From contig NMRA01000134.1 of NCBI GenBank assembly GCA_002633005.1, positions 1 to 64,000 of the forward strand: 64,000 bases of DNA. Reading direction: 5' to 3'. Shown here piece by piece: positions 38,724 to 51,772 of this stretch; within the stretch, counting starts at the first letter, position 1; every line of letters begins with the position of its first letter. Below the pieces are notes generated by a model. That model was given only the letters and a program-made list of their open reading frames with translations, did not search any database and was not told the DNA's origin. The stretch comes from Phoronis australis (Eukaryota; Animalia; Phoronida). The position numbers were made by a program, and so were the translations under genes.

Positions 38724-39373
38724 GTAAGTCAAGTGTAATGGAACATAATTTCTGTACAGCCAATTTTAGTTCACATCAGATCTTTGTGGCTAATATCACA
38801 AATATGAAAGGTATTTTACCATGGTTTGTCATAAACCTTTCTGAAACATGACCTCACCATATTGAATTTAATTTTCTCCCAAAAATGAGAGACAAAATAA
38901 AATACTTATTGGCATGCAGACCTGAGCAGATAGTGGCAATACAAATGGCTTTTCTACTTTCAACATCAGGTTATTACTACATTTTCAGTGAATTTTCAGA
39001 CAATGAAACCATTTGATCAGTAGCCAAATTTGTTTTGAATCAACAAATGCTGCAAGGTGCTCACAGGCACTTCTATACTTCTTTTCACTATGTTAGCGAA
39101 TTTTGATTAAGAGACCTTTCATAAACTAGTGTGCAGGCATTTTATGTAAGGATGAGTCAGCCATTGTGTTGCTTTTTAAATCTTTATATTCTCTCCTATG
39201 GGCATTTATGCTGCGGGGAACGGTTTTAGATGACGTAGGAAATGGAATCCTATTGAAAATACTATTCTTGACATTTGAAAATTTTTTTCAAAGATCATGT
39301 TTTGCATATTAGTCATTGGAATGCAACGAGTGAAGAGTATGAGATAACGATTGTCCCTTACATAGCTTACTGT

Positions 39374-39880
39374 TCATTTTTCTGAAAGCTCCATTCACTT
39401 GTCTGAGGCTCCATTCACTTGTCTGAGGCTCCAGTCATTTGTCTGAGGCTCCATTCACTTGTCTGAGGCTCCATTCACTTGTCTGAGGCTTCATTCACTT
39501 GTCTGAGGCTCCATTCACTTGTCTGAGGCTCCAGTCATTTGTCTGAGTTCCATTCATTTGTTTGAGGCTCCATTACTTTGTCGGAGATGCATTCATTTGT
39601 CTGAGACTTCATTCATTTGTGTGAGGACTCATTCATTTGTCTTAGGATTCATTTGTTTTTCTGAGACTCCATTCATTTGTCTGAGACTCCATTCATTTGT
39701 GTGAGGACTCATTCATTTGTCTTAGGATTCATTCGTTTGTCTGAGCCTACATTCATTTGTGTGAGGACTCATTCATTTGTCTTAGGATTCATTCGTTTTT
39801 CTGAGCCTACATTCATTTGTCTGCGGCTCCATTCTTATTTCTGAAGCTTCGTTCATTTGTCGTAAGGTTCATGCATTTGA
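39374..39880. repeat. 20-bp minisatellite, about 25 copies
   Basis: GTCTGAGGCTCCATTCACTT is near-perfect at 39401-39540, then appears as variants. Confidence 0.95.
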
Positions 39881-40379
39881 TGGTTCATTGGTCCAACTGT
39901 TTGTTGGAAAGTCCCAGGGTTGAAGTTAAAAATGCAGATACTTTGCAGCAAATAGGTGAATTTAATGGCTTGCAAATTGGTGGAAACCATCAGCTGTATT
40001 TTTCAAGCGAATTTTTACTAGGAATTTATTTGAATTGGAACACGAACTTGCTGCGATTCTGAATTCCATGAAATTTCGTTGGATTAATTCCGTGAAATAA
40101 ATTATTCATGGTTTGTTGGTGCAATTAAAATTTCCATTATCTGATGAAACCACTGGTGCTGGCGAAATGAGTTGCACTGCACTCACTGTGTAGTGTCTGT
40201 GTCTCCCAATAAGTGTATTGCGGCATGAATCCTTTGCAGACATGGCTGCTTTTGAAATTTACCTTGTGTATGATATTTCAGTTTTCCTGAAATATTCCTG
40301 GGATTTCAAAGTATGAGACAAATCCTACACTAACATATAGAGTTTTGTTACCCCAACACCTAAGCGAGCCTAAGCCAGA

Positions 40380-40688
40380 CTGTGACTTAAACGTCCTAAT
40401 CCATTCACAAATTAATGCTTGTCACTTAGCCGCGATGCTGAAGAAAACCTATTCACTAATTTCTCTTAAAAAATAATTGCTGGTGGTCTGCTACACATTG
40501 TACCAGACATGTGCAGGCTGCGCATGTGGGCCCATTGCACTGATCACCTGTTTTTGTGCTACAGTTAAAACTGAACTGCGTAGCTAGAAACCAGGCTGAA
40601 GGGTCTAGCAGTGTGGCTCAGGCGGAATCGAACCCACAACCTCGAGTAAAGAAAGCGGTCATGTATCACACTGGGCCACATAGCCGCC
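40380..40688 (-). mobile_element. tRNA-derived SINE, about 310 bp
   Basis: Minus strand begins GGCGGCTATGTGGCCCAGTGTG (A-box-like, 40667-40678) and has B box GGTTCGATTCC (40624-40634). No convincing cloverleaf; the 3' boundary is approximate. Confidence 0.65.
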
Positions 40689-41756
40689 TCATTTCCTCCA
40701 ATTTCTCTTATAATGCATCGATTTTAAAATTCAAAGATAGCTACCATTTACTTTTCAATTTTGAAAACAGTTATGTTGGTCATTCGTCTTACTTATTGTT
40801 CATTTTTTGACTTTGAAACTCCTTCGCTAAACAGACTGCAATTATCTCATCCAACATGTTCAGCCAAGCCCATTAATAGTAAGTAGCTCACTTCACTCCC
40901 TGATGGTTATGAATTCGTTGCTTACTCTGTGTTAACTAGTGCACACTTTCATGTCCACTTGCCTTCAAATCGTGTTATCCTAACATTTGCCTTATGATGG
41001 GAACAACACTATTGCATTTAAATTTGTAATTACTCCAAGTGTTCAATACTCTGCAAAGTCTTCTAATATTCACCATTCTAAGCATTTCATTTCAGTTATT
41101 ATCCCACTGTTTACACACAATCAAGTCTTTGAGGAGTTAAAAAATCCCAGCGACTCTGTGTGTGATAAGTTCACTGATTACACCATCACTGGACAATAAC
41201 TGATGATGGTTTGTACTAAAGCTAATGGGAAAGCTCAAGTAACAGGCCTCTAATAGTATTGGATTTAACTCAGTGCTAAAAGGTCTTAAAATATATGAAG
41301 AAGCCCAGTTGCTCTTCAAAAAATTACAGGTGGACTTCTGCCCCTAATGAACAGAGCATCCACAGACAAACCAGCCATTAGTGTCAATCAGAAGTAATAA
41401 GAAGAAAGTGACTGATGTGCAGATTTATGCTGGATGGATGGTTCCTGTATGAACCGAGGTGTCAGTTTGTGCCAGCTTGTATCAGTTTGTGCTGGGTCTA
41501 CTGCCCTCTGGATACAACTTTATATCCAACATTCTTTTTCTGACACCGGATCTTTAGATTTCTGCAGAACATTTGGTTGCTGTTGAAAATTATGCTAATT
41601 AAAGTTTTGAAAAATAGGAAGGAGCTTAGATTGAGCTGGTTAGTTGGAAATTGTAATTTTGTTAAATCTAAGTGTTGTGTTGAGAACTCTTTCGCCAACG
41701 CTGAAATCTGCCTTAACACAGTTGAGGCCAGACACTTTACCATCAGATGGGATTAT

Positions 41757-42174
41757 CAGACCTGCCAAGGAGGTATAACAACTTTTCTGGAGGTTGGTTG
41801 AAATTTTGCTTGAGATTGGACAAATTTGCTCAAATTTTGCTTGAGGTTCCTGGCGATATCTTCACTAACTATCAAATTTTATATATCGTAAAATATAAGA
41901 CTTAGGCTAGTCATATTACATTAATAAAAGAACATTTTATTTCCCGAAAACTATATTACATCGTCTTTATAATAAAGAATACCCATAATAATGTCAATAC
42001 AATTGAGTAGGTTTTCGACTAGTCATTACGATATAAGCATAGAAAACTAGTTTTTAGAAAATTTACGACCAAAAAATTCATTTTGCCTGAGATAGCTTAT
42101 GGCTCGCGTGAGTGCGTGAGGCAGTGGCCAAATGCGTGAGATTCACGCATCTCGCGTGAGACTTGGCAGGTCTG
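41757..42174. mobile_element. hAT-like MITE, 418 bp, with 6-bp target site duplication
   Basis: GATTAT|CAGACCTGCCAAG ... CTTGGCAGGTCTG|GATTAT: perfect 13-bp TIR, with four GCGTGAG subterminal repeats at the right end. Confidence 0.85.
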
Positions 42175-43678
42175 GATTATATGATTCTCGGGAATGAAAT
42201 AGTATGAAATGTATCTATCAAAATTTAATTGAAGATGAAATTGATATTATTCTGTTTTGACATCATTTAAGAACGGAGTTTGCTAGTGTTTGGTCCTTTT
42301 AGATCTGTTTTCAGAGTATTCTGAAGCTCTTGCAAAGTTTTTGGTCAAGGCACTAGATTGCCATATGCATGGGCTGTGTGCATGTTTTGAAAATCTAAAA
42401 TTATAAAATGTTCTAAAATACGTATGTAAAAGTTTCGTTGTAAAATTTTGTTTATTTTGACATGACATATTTTGGGATCTTGATTTCACTCAAATCATTT
42501 AACTGGATGTTTTTTGTGTTGCCAGCATGGTTGTCCTGATTGCCTCCTAGCTAATTCAGTGAACACTCACCAGACATTTGCCTAAACAACGTTTCTCCAA
42601 GTTTCATGACTTCTCAAAATGCTGCGAATGCCTGCACTTTTATTGGTATAAAACTGAATAATGGTATTTATTGGGTATTCACTCAGTTTTCTAAATAGGA
42701 AAAATTTTGGCATGAATGCCATGTTGTGTCCTAAAATGCCCTCCTTAATTTGGTTGTTAGGACACCTCCCAGATTTAGTTGATCTGAAACCACCCAGTCA
42801 CCTTATAACAAATTGAAGACAGACAGTGGGGATCTGCTCATAAAGCACATGTTTCTGTATGTTTGTATACTTTGCCAGCATGTCAATAAACTTTGGTGAA
42901 AAATTGACAGTTATTGCACTAAATACCAAACATGTGTTGACATACAAGAAGCCCTCATTTTTTAACACCAGGTGTTATCTCAGGAAAATAACTCTTGACA
43001 CATTCCTTGCTGTTTCAACAATGATTTGGTTAAATGACTCTGTTTTCAATGTTGTTTTTTACTGCTGCCTTTGACAGTTTCCATGCCTGTTTTATTTAAC
43101 CCTGGTTATCAATTTGACAAACTATACCCAGACGAATATAGTGGTTGATGGCTCCTGGTGTGAAAGCCTGGGTTTAAGTTAGCCAATTATTCTCAGTTGG
43201 CCTGTGGTGACAATGAACTTCTGGTAATTGGAATTGGAGAAGAGAACATTTATATTTTCCAGACAGTACTTTCTAAAAGTATTCTAAACAAGTGGAGTGA
43301 AGGGTCCTATTGCTTGTTGAGATCAGTTTTGAGTAATTTCAATTTTTATTTTTACTAGAGCAAAGTCTATATCATATCATAAACCAAATGTCTGAAATAT
43401 GTAGGGACCACAGTAGTTGAATTGTTGATAGAACTTTGATTAACAATGCAAAGTGTGCGTGTTTGACCTGTCTTTCAGATGTTTCATTTTAAGCAAGTCA
43501 TATATTATTTAATTTCTTTTGGCCTAAATCAACTCTGTTTTTTAAAGTTAATAAAGACACATTTTTTGGTAATGCAAAAGATGTTTAAAGCCATTACTGT
43601 GTATAACTGTATACACTTATGACAAAAACGCAACAAATAAATGTTTCAAGGAAAAGGTGAAAGACCCACATGCATTAA

Positions 43679-46620
43679 CGATGTCTCAAACCTGATTCAC
43701 AAAAATTGGCTGGTTTTACAATGTTTCACATATGTCCAGCACAATACCTTATCTATATTCTGAAGAACTTCAAATACAAAATATATACCATGCAGTGAGA
43801 AAAAAGATTTAACAGAACCACTTTCATCTGCTTTACTTGTCAAGGGTTACACTGAGCTGTCAATCAAATTGAATCTCCCGCTTGGCTTGTGCACTTCTCA
43901 CAGTCCTTTCATTCATAGATTCGCCATAAGATTGAGTAAACGAGGTCTACATAGCATGGAAAGATGCAGGCACGTAGCCAGCATTGCGCGGAGGGTGGTT
44001 CGAATTTCTAAAACGGTGGACCTTTTGATCATATTACACAAACATCGCTCATTTTCTCGGAAGCGCCTTTACGCAGTTAAATCTGGCAGAAGGGAAATCC
44101 ATATACAGGACAATGATTTTTTGCGGATCGATCCATTTTCTTGAGATGGGACGGAATTCGTAGGCCTTATCCCAGGAATGAGGATGCCATGACGGTTACT
44201 TGCAAAAAACGGGACCCAAATTCGGATAAAGTCCTGGTGTGGTCCACAAAGTTCTCTTTTCGGATTACTGAGCGTTACCCTCTTTCAAGCTTTCGAACCA
44301 TTCATGCTTTTAAAATTGAGTGATTGTACTCCATCACATACTCAGATGCAAACATTTTGTCAGAGAATGACTTGAAGGTTACTAAAGTTGCTCATTGCAT
44401 TGGAAATGAGAACAGCCCACTACTCCAAAGGCATAAGTCTTAAGGTTCACTACCTCAAAAATGTATAAAATTTTGGACTGAGGTGTAATTTTTATACTTC
44501 CATATGTAAACAAAAATACACGTTTCGGTTTAGACGCATTGGGGTACCTGATTTACCAAGAACCGTTAATGCCTGGGTTTCAATACACTTTAACTGTCTG
44601 GGCTTCTTGCACTTGCGAAAGTAGGCTTCAAAGCATATCTTATGAATACGAAAACATGAATTCGTACTTGCATTTTGAAAAGAACATGAAGTAGGAATAT
44701 TGATGAATTATTAACCACGATACATTAGCTAATCCATGTCAAGATCGCATCATTTCACAGCGTGAGTGAAAAGTTTATCCGTGGTGCTTCAACCTCACCC
44801 ACCGAATCGGAAACAAGTCAGAGAGTCACATGCAGTCTTCCCAAATTTAAAGCCAGCCTACTAAGTCTAGGCAACCGAGAAATAAAATAAATTATCTCCG
44901 TGCCCCAGATGTTATCGCTGTTTGAATATGAGTCGTTTTAGATTCAAGAATCACGATTGTGAGCGATTAGAACTGAAGTCTGAGATTTGCAATGTTTTAA
45001 GAAGTACTCATTTGGACACAAATACAAAAGTTTATGAATGTCAGTTCTGCGTCATTTGCAGACATTCAGAGTAGTAAACTTTCGGACTTGTGAACATGGT
45101 TTTGCAATAGTGAACCTTTGCAGCAGTGATATGCAACCTTGGAAATCTCTTCATCAAGTTTCTTACTTCTATGAAGTCTGAGAGGTTGCGCAACATTGGC
45201 AATAATTTCCAAAAAAGCCTTTATCTTCATTGACCAAAGATTTTTATTAGGTCTAAACCTACTTTTACCAAATAAAGTGAACATGCTCGTCAGCACAAAA
45301 ACAGGATAGCGAAATGTCTGCTTTTTGAGCAATGACAGAGGACTGCTTATTGAAGTTACCTGTACTGTATTAAAAGAGTGAATACGCACACATCACTTGC
45401 ACGTCAATCTACCAATCCACAGCCAAAGCGTGCACTGGATGAACAACACATTTGACGATCGCTTTCAATTCTAAAATTAAAAGAGCCCGCGCACCACTCT
45501 ATGCTGACAACTATACCGAAAATCAGACAAGAAACCTATCATCTGCTGTTTTTTGGTTGATCGATTTTAAGCCTTTCACACACTACTTTTGGGACCTCTC
45601 GTATAATAGGTGGTACAGCTCGCGCATTCACCGTGGTAGTCGGAGGCATATGACTGCCAGTAACATAAAGTGTCCTCTAATCATCCTCTGCACGCCTGTC
45701 ATCTAGTATACAAACGCATGGCCACTAATGGCGAAGTTGGCTGGGTACGGCACAATTTTGTTGATATTCATGTACGGTATATCCCATACATAACGGACAT
45801 GCTGGGGCTGAACCTTTTCCACGGGGGGGGGGGGGGGGGGGGGGGGGGGTTTGATCACTCCGTATCACCCAGGCTACGGGCCTGAAGATGCCCCGGAAAA
45901 TGAAGGCATAACATATTTTTGGTCCTGAGTGAGTTGTATCTTTGTGTACATACAATAACATGACGAATGCGCTGAGTTGCTGCACTGCGTCTGGCATATC
46001 ACGAACAGAGCAAGTTGTGAAAAAAGATAAATCCTAACGCAAATTAATCCAGTTTCACCAGTAATCTGACGTTTTACTGTTTTGATCTCGTGCTCACGGC
46101 GCACTTTAATCAGATACTCGATTTCTATACCACCTTACCTACTGCTTGGTTTCTTTCAGTCTCCCTTGTGCTTGCTTTGCCCTGTGTTGCGTACTAGTAC
46201 TGTAGACCGATTTTGATAGGTCAATAGGTAAACTCATTGTCAACCAACTTAACAAAATTAGTGATAATTAAGTTAATTACACAATGCAAATCAGTTGGCG
46301 TTGTGAGTGAATGTTCAAATAGTGAACATGGTTACAGCATGTGCAGGTTATGTTGACCAAAAACCAGTTGTCATCTCGTGGTGTTTTCCGCAAATCGACT
46401 TAATTTCAACACGAGTTCTTGAAAACGGCTCAATGAATTTCTCTGAAACTTTCCAATTTTAATATTTATTCATCAATCTCAAAAAACAATGCTAGGATTT
46501 TCCTTTTAAATGTCTAGTTTACTGTAAGATAGATGAATACGACTGCTATTTTTTACAAAAACAACCTTATATTTGCTTTGTTTTTGTTATAACCAATTGG
46601 TGCATCAATGTACAAAATTC
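43679..46620 (+). mobile_element. older, longer and right-truncated copy of the Kolobok-like family at 50364-51772
   Basis: TTAA|CGATGTCTCAAACC..ATTCACAAAAATTGGC..TACAAAATATATACC..AGAAAAAAGATTTA (43675-43821) aligns with 50360-50510, and about 46260-46600 aligns with about 51070-51460. No right TIR found. Confidence 0.65.
45823..45849 (+). repeat. 27-nt poly-G run
   Basis: Directly visible homopolymer. Confidence 0.95.
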
Positions 46621-48212
46621 TGCCTTGTTTATCATTCACCATCATTGTGCTCAAGTTCATCATCATTATTATTCTTTCACTTATTGTTCAATTTTGCCAA
46701 TTGTCACTCGGTGGAGTCCGTTCATAATTTCATGTCCAGGTTTGTCTTTTGATATTATATACCGTTTCCTTGTATTCAGCCACATTAGTTGGAGATGTGT
46801 GTTGCATATTTTTCACTTGTCTCAGGCTTCAATAAACCTTCTACTTGGGAATTCAAATCGGTAATCAAAATCTTCTTGCTGTCTGGACATAGTTTATGAA
46901 TTATGGGTGCTGTAAACTCTTAAAATAAACAGGGTGATAGACACAGTAAAAAATGACTGTTTGTTGACAAGATAAAGATTGACGACTTTTTCAAAATTGT
47001 TGAAACAGCTATCACTCAACCATCATACAAACAGTTTAAACTGGTTTCTGTCTGTCATATTATCATGCTAGTTGCAGCTGCTTTGGTGTGCGATAAAAAA
47101 AACTGTGGCAAGGTGGCACTTTCACTGGCAAAGCTATGGTCTACATCAGATTGTGGGCAGTGGAAAGTGGATGAAAGTCAATCCTATTTTATAAACTGTT
47201 CCCTATTTTACAAATTCATCCTTTCGGGCTATTAAAAATTGTGGATGTCTTGAAGATTCAGTCTCACTGCGTGAATTTGATGCTACCTCAAAAGTCAATC
47301 CTGTTACCCTGATTCAGTCTACACTCGGAAATTGTTTTAAAAATTAATCTTGTTGAGGATTAACGAAACTAACCCTTTTTATGTGCCCACATTTTAGGCG
47401 TGAGGCAGCGTTATGTCGTCATCCCTGTCTGGTGTCTGCAGTTGTATCCCAAACGTCCTTATCATCAGCAAATTTTCAGACTGAACTGACTACCATTGCA
47501 CTCCCTAGCCGCTTTTACGTGAGTGACAGTTGTCATCGTGTCAGTGGTCACAACGTGACTTGCTCCACTTCAGTTGCATTTATACGACATTAGATCGAAA
47601 ACTGGATTAGCATGAATCCCTTACACAAAGACTGTCTGGGCATGCTCGAATAAACAATAGGGAATATCCAAACCACATGGAATGCCTGCTGATCACAGAA
47701 CACATGCACAAGCGGAATACATGCACAAGCGTATTGAAAGATGATCCATTTCTGCCCAGCCCCAGTTGTGGTTAGACCTGTAGTTAATACTGGAGCAACT
47801 GATCCAGTACCTATCAAACCAGTTTCAAAAACTGACCGCTGCGATGTCACTCGCTCTGAGTCAGTCTTACTTACACACACACACTTGCACTGGAGCAGCT
47901 GTTCCGCGTTAGCTGTTTCTTGACTTTGTAAATGCGGCTTACGTTGTTGCTTTATCATGAAATTTGTTTTGTTGTTTGTTGGTTTCTTTCTTTGTTCACA
48001 TGCTACAGATTGCACTTCTTATCGCATCATTGTGAAATTTACACATGTGTCTTGTGAATGGCTCAAAGCCTATTGTTTTTGGAAAAAATCGGAGACAAGA
48101 TAGCGTTGTGGCGGCCAATTTTGCCCTTTTTGTTGCTTTGTGGAGCTATAGCTCCTCTGTTTCTGCTTAGATTTTCAGATTATTTCATTGGATAGATCAT
48201 TTCAAGGGCAAT

Positions 48213-48867
48213 CGCAAGTGTTATTTTTCTCTGGTTATTCAAGACTTTTCGAAGACTTGTCTCCAAAAAACTGAGTTTTTGTGTCATATCTTCGGCCTCC
48301 CTTGACAGACCCGTCTGAAACTTAGTACGTGGATAGATCTTTTCAAGTGCTAACTGTATTGTGAAGCAATAATCTTGCAATAATCAGTGTAAGGATTTTC
48401 GATATAAAGGCCTAGTTTTTGAGTAATGTAACAAAGACGACTGCGACTTCTACTTTTTACAAAAATACCTTATGTTTTGCGAGTTGATTTGTCGTAGAAA
48501 CCAAATGAAAAGACTAATATAATAGAAAATTCCTAACAGCATTTTTGAGGTAACTGGTGAAGTTTTCATTTAAAAAAGGTTTCATTAAAATCGACTAAGG
48601 GGTTATTTTGCTATGAATGTACCTTTCTTAAAATGAAATTTTGACTTTAAAAGAGGTTTACGTAATAATAATAATGGTACATTAATACAAAATATATTTT
48701 TATATTCCCTGATTTTTTTCTTTTAGAAAATATATACTTTTGCTGGTTGACAAAGCTTAGTTTGTTGATATACAAGTTTAAATGGAGGCCGCTAAATAAG
48801 GTTTGAGATAACCTTAAGTAGACAACAATGCCTTCTTGTCTTCAGAGGCGTTTGACGTATTCCGCTT
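48213..48867. other. alternate-haplotype segment duplicated at a single-N contig junction
   Basis: 48213-48386 recurs at 48869-49048, and 48383-48867 recurs at 51343-51826. The N is at 48868. Confidence 0.88.
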
Positions 48868-49593
48868 NCGCAAGTGTGTCATTTATTTTTCTCTGGTTAT
48901 TCAAGATTTTTCGAAGACTTGTCTCCAAAAAACTGAGTTTTTGTGTGATATCTTCGGCCTCCCTTGACAGACCCGTCTGAAACTTAGTACGTGGATAGAT
49001 CTTTTCAAGTGCTAACTGTATTGTGAAGCAATAATCTTGCAATAATCAACATTTTTTGTTCAGATGACTGCTCTTTTGCTGACTAGCTATTTACAGCTTC
49101 ACTTTGTTACCCCATATTTGTGACAGAGATCATATTTTTTCGTCTGATTGACATACAATTTACATATAGTTTTAACCTAGTCAACAGCTTGAGGACTTTT
49201 GTTCCTGAGTGAAATCGGATGCAAGATGGCGCTGTGATGGTTATTTTTCGAATTATGTTTGTGAAGCTCTCACTCGATTCTTTGGCCGAAACTTTTCAAA
49301 TTTGATGTGTAAACAGATCTCTTCAAGGAATATCTAATACATTTGTTTCTCACCTTTGAATTTTATTTGCTCTCGAGAGCACTTTTATTTTTTCACCCTG
49401 TGTCTTCGTAGTTGCTTAGCTTGACGGATGTTCACAAAATTTAGCGAGAAATTAAGGAGACGACACTGCCTTACCATTTTTGGATGGATTTGATGTATTC
49501 TGCACCACTTAGTGACCATTTTTGCTGTTTTTGGCAGCTGCCTCTCCATCACTGAGCTAAACCACTCTATAAATCATTATAAAAATTGGTATA

Positions 49594-49827
49594 TCGTATT
49601 TGTCCTAATAAGTGCCCATGCCCCTATAAGCATCCTCCCACCCATTTTTAGACTTCGTGAAGTAAGAGCTCAGCCCATGAACATCCGACATTAGAAAAAA
49701 ATGCCTTAACTACAGTTCTAAAATTCTACAGTAACATCTTCAATTTATCAATAAGATCCAGCAGTCCTGACCGGGCTGCAATAAGTGCCCACTTCCCTGA
49801 AACTGGACCCTATTAGGGCGAATATGG
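49594..49827. mobile_element. short, decayed relative of the pogo-like element at 27338-28650
   Basis: TA|TCGTATTTGTCCTAATAAGTGCCC ... TATTAGGGCGAATATGG|TA. The interior (ATGCCTTA.CTACAGTTCTAAAATTCTACAGTAA.ATCTTCAATTTAT) matches the reverse complement of about 28507-28650. Confidence 0.8.
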
Positions 49828-50363
49828 TACATGAAGGCTCTGCATTGCTCTTGTTTGCATTTGCAGCTATTTCTCATAAACCCTGTGCAAGATCTGTGTG
49901 TGAAATTTGGCAAGTGTGTTTCTGTAAATGTTATAATACATGATGCGAACTTTCGGGTGTATCCTAGTATTGTTGCGCTACCCTATAACCAATTTTAATT
50001 TTTCTCTGTATCTTTGGGTTCCTTGATGAATTTTCATGCAATTTAGCAAATAGGTTTGTTAACGAGACACCTTCCCTTTTTGGACGGATTTGACATATAC
50101 GCCACCTGTGGCCTTTTTATGCCACCATTCTTGTCCGTCTGGCTTCCACCCATCCAGCGTCCACTGCTCTCTTTCCTATATCCCTTGATGGGTGTTCATG
50201 AAGCAGACATGTTCCTTTCATGGACGAGATGGCGTGACTGAATTTTTAGACGGGTCTGTCGGTGTGTCCTCCAGTGCCAATTTTAGTTCCTTTACTTTTG
50301 CTTCAGTACCTTTGGAATTCCTTGATGGACTTTCATGAAATATGGATTATGGATATCCATTAA

Positions 50364-51772
50364 GGATACCTCAAACTTTATTCACAAAAATTGGCCATTT
50401 TTACAGTATTTCCAATGTGTCTAGAAAAGTACCTTATCTTCATTTTCGGGGGGGAACTTCATATACAAAATATATACCGTGTAACTAGAAAAAAGATTTA
50501 GCACAACCACCTTGGAACCACACAACCCTGTGGATATTTGTTCACCACTTATCCGAAGTCAAAGGTTACAGGGCTGTCACTCAAATCAAATCTCCGGCCA
50601 GGTACAGAGCAGCTTCGTATACCCCCAGTCCTTTCATTCACCAAGTCCCCATAATGTTGAGTCAACGAGGTGTACTTATGATAGAATGGTGCCAGGGAAA
50701 ACAGAGACAAAACTACGTAGTTTTGATCCTGAGGGAGTTGTACTTCTACATGCAGGACCGTTCGCATTGAGGACAAATGCTACAATTCACCTCAGGCCTC
50801 TGTGGTCATGAACACAGCAAGTTGTGAAAAGAGATTAATCCTCACCCTAATTCCTTTATTCAGTTAATAAATTGACATTTCAATGTTTCGATCTCATGCT
50901 AACGACATGCTTCAACCACCGATTCGAGTTTTTGTTATCCATTTCTTACTTGGTTTCGTATCAGTCTCCCGGCACGTGACGAGTACAGGCTATGTGTATA
51001 ACAATGAACTGTGACCTACTTAAAACAACAGTAACAGTTGATCCCAATTCGTGGCTGGCATTGGTACATTTTAATGATAATAGTTGATTATGCACTGCAA
51101 ATTCAGTTGACATTGCATGTGAATGTTGAAATAGCTAACATAGTTAAGGCTTGTGTAGGTTATGTTTACCGAAAACAAGTTTTCACCGAATAATTAACCG
51201 GAGACTTTGAGATTTTTACTCTTCCCAGTTTAATCAGCTTTTTTTTGGCTTCAACAAATCGACTTTTTTTTAACTTACAAACAGAAGTTCTCGAAAACAG
51301 CTTGGTGGATTTTGCTGAAACTTTCAGACTTGATATTTAGTCATCAGTGTAAGGATTTCCGATATAAAGGCCTAGTTTTTGAGTAATGTAACAAAGACGA
51401 CTGCGACTTCTACTTTTTACAAAAATACCTTATGTTTTGCGAGTTGATTTGTCGTAGAAACCAAATGAAAAGAATAATATAATAGAAAATTCCTAACAGC
51501 ATTTTTGAGGTAACTGGTGAAGTTTTCATTTACAAAGGTTTCATTAAAATCGACTAAGGGGTTATTTTGCTATGAATGTACCTTTCTTAAAATGAAATTT
51601 TGACTTTAAAAGAGGTTTACGTAATAATAATAATGGTACATTAATACAAAATATATTTTTATATTCCCTGATTTTTTTCTTTTAGAAAATATATACTTTT
51701 GCTGGTTGACAAAGCTTAGTTTGTTGATATACAAGTTTAAATGGAGGCCGCTAAATAAGGTTTGAGATAACC
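50364..51772. mobile_element. Kolobok-like non-autonomous element, 1.4 kb, nested in the Helentron-like element
   Basis: TTAA|GGATACCTCAAAC ... GTTTGAGATAACC|TTAA. Removing it restores ATTAAG.AGAC.ACA.TGCCTT, which matches the intact host unit near 49451. Confidence 0.8.

Noticed and set aside
40610-40688. Functional tRNA gene on the minus strand
   Set aside because: A and B boxes are present, but I could not fold convincing acceptor and anticodon stems, so a SINE head fits better.
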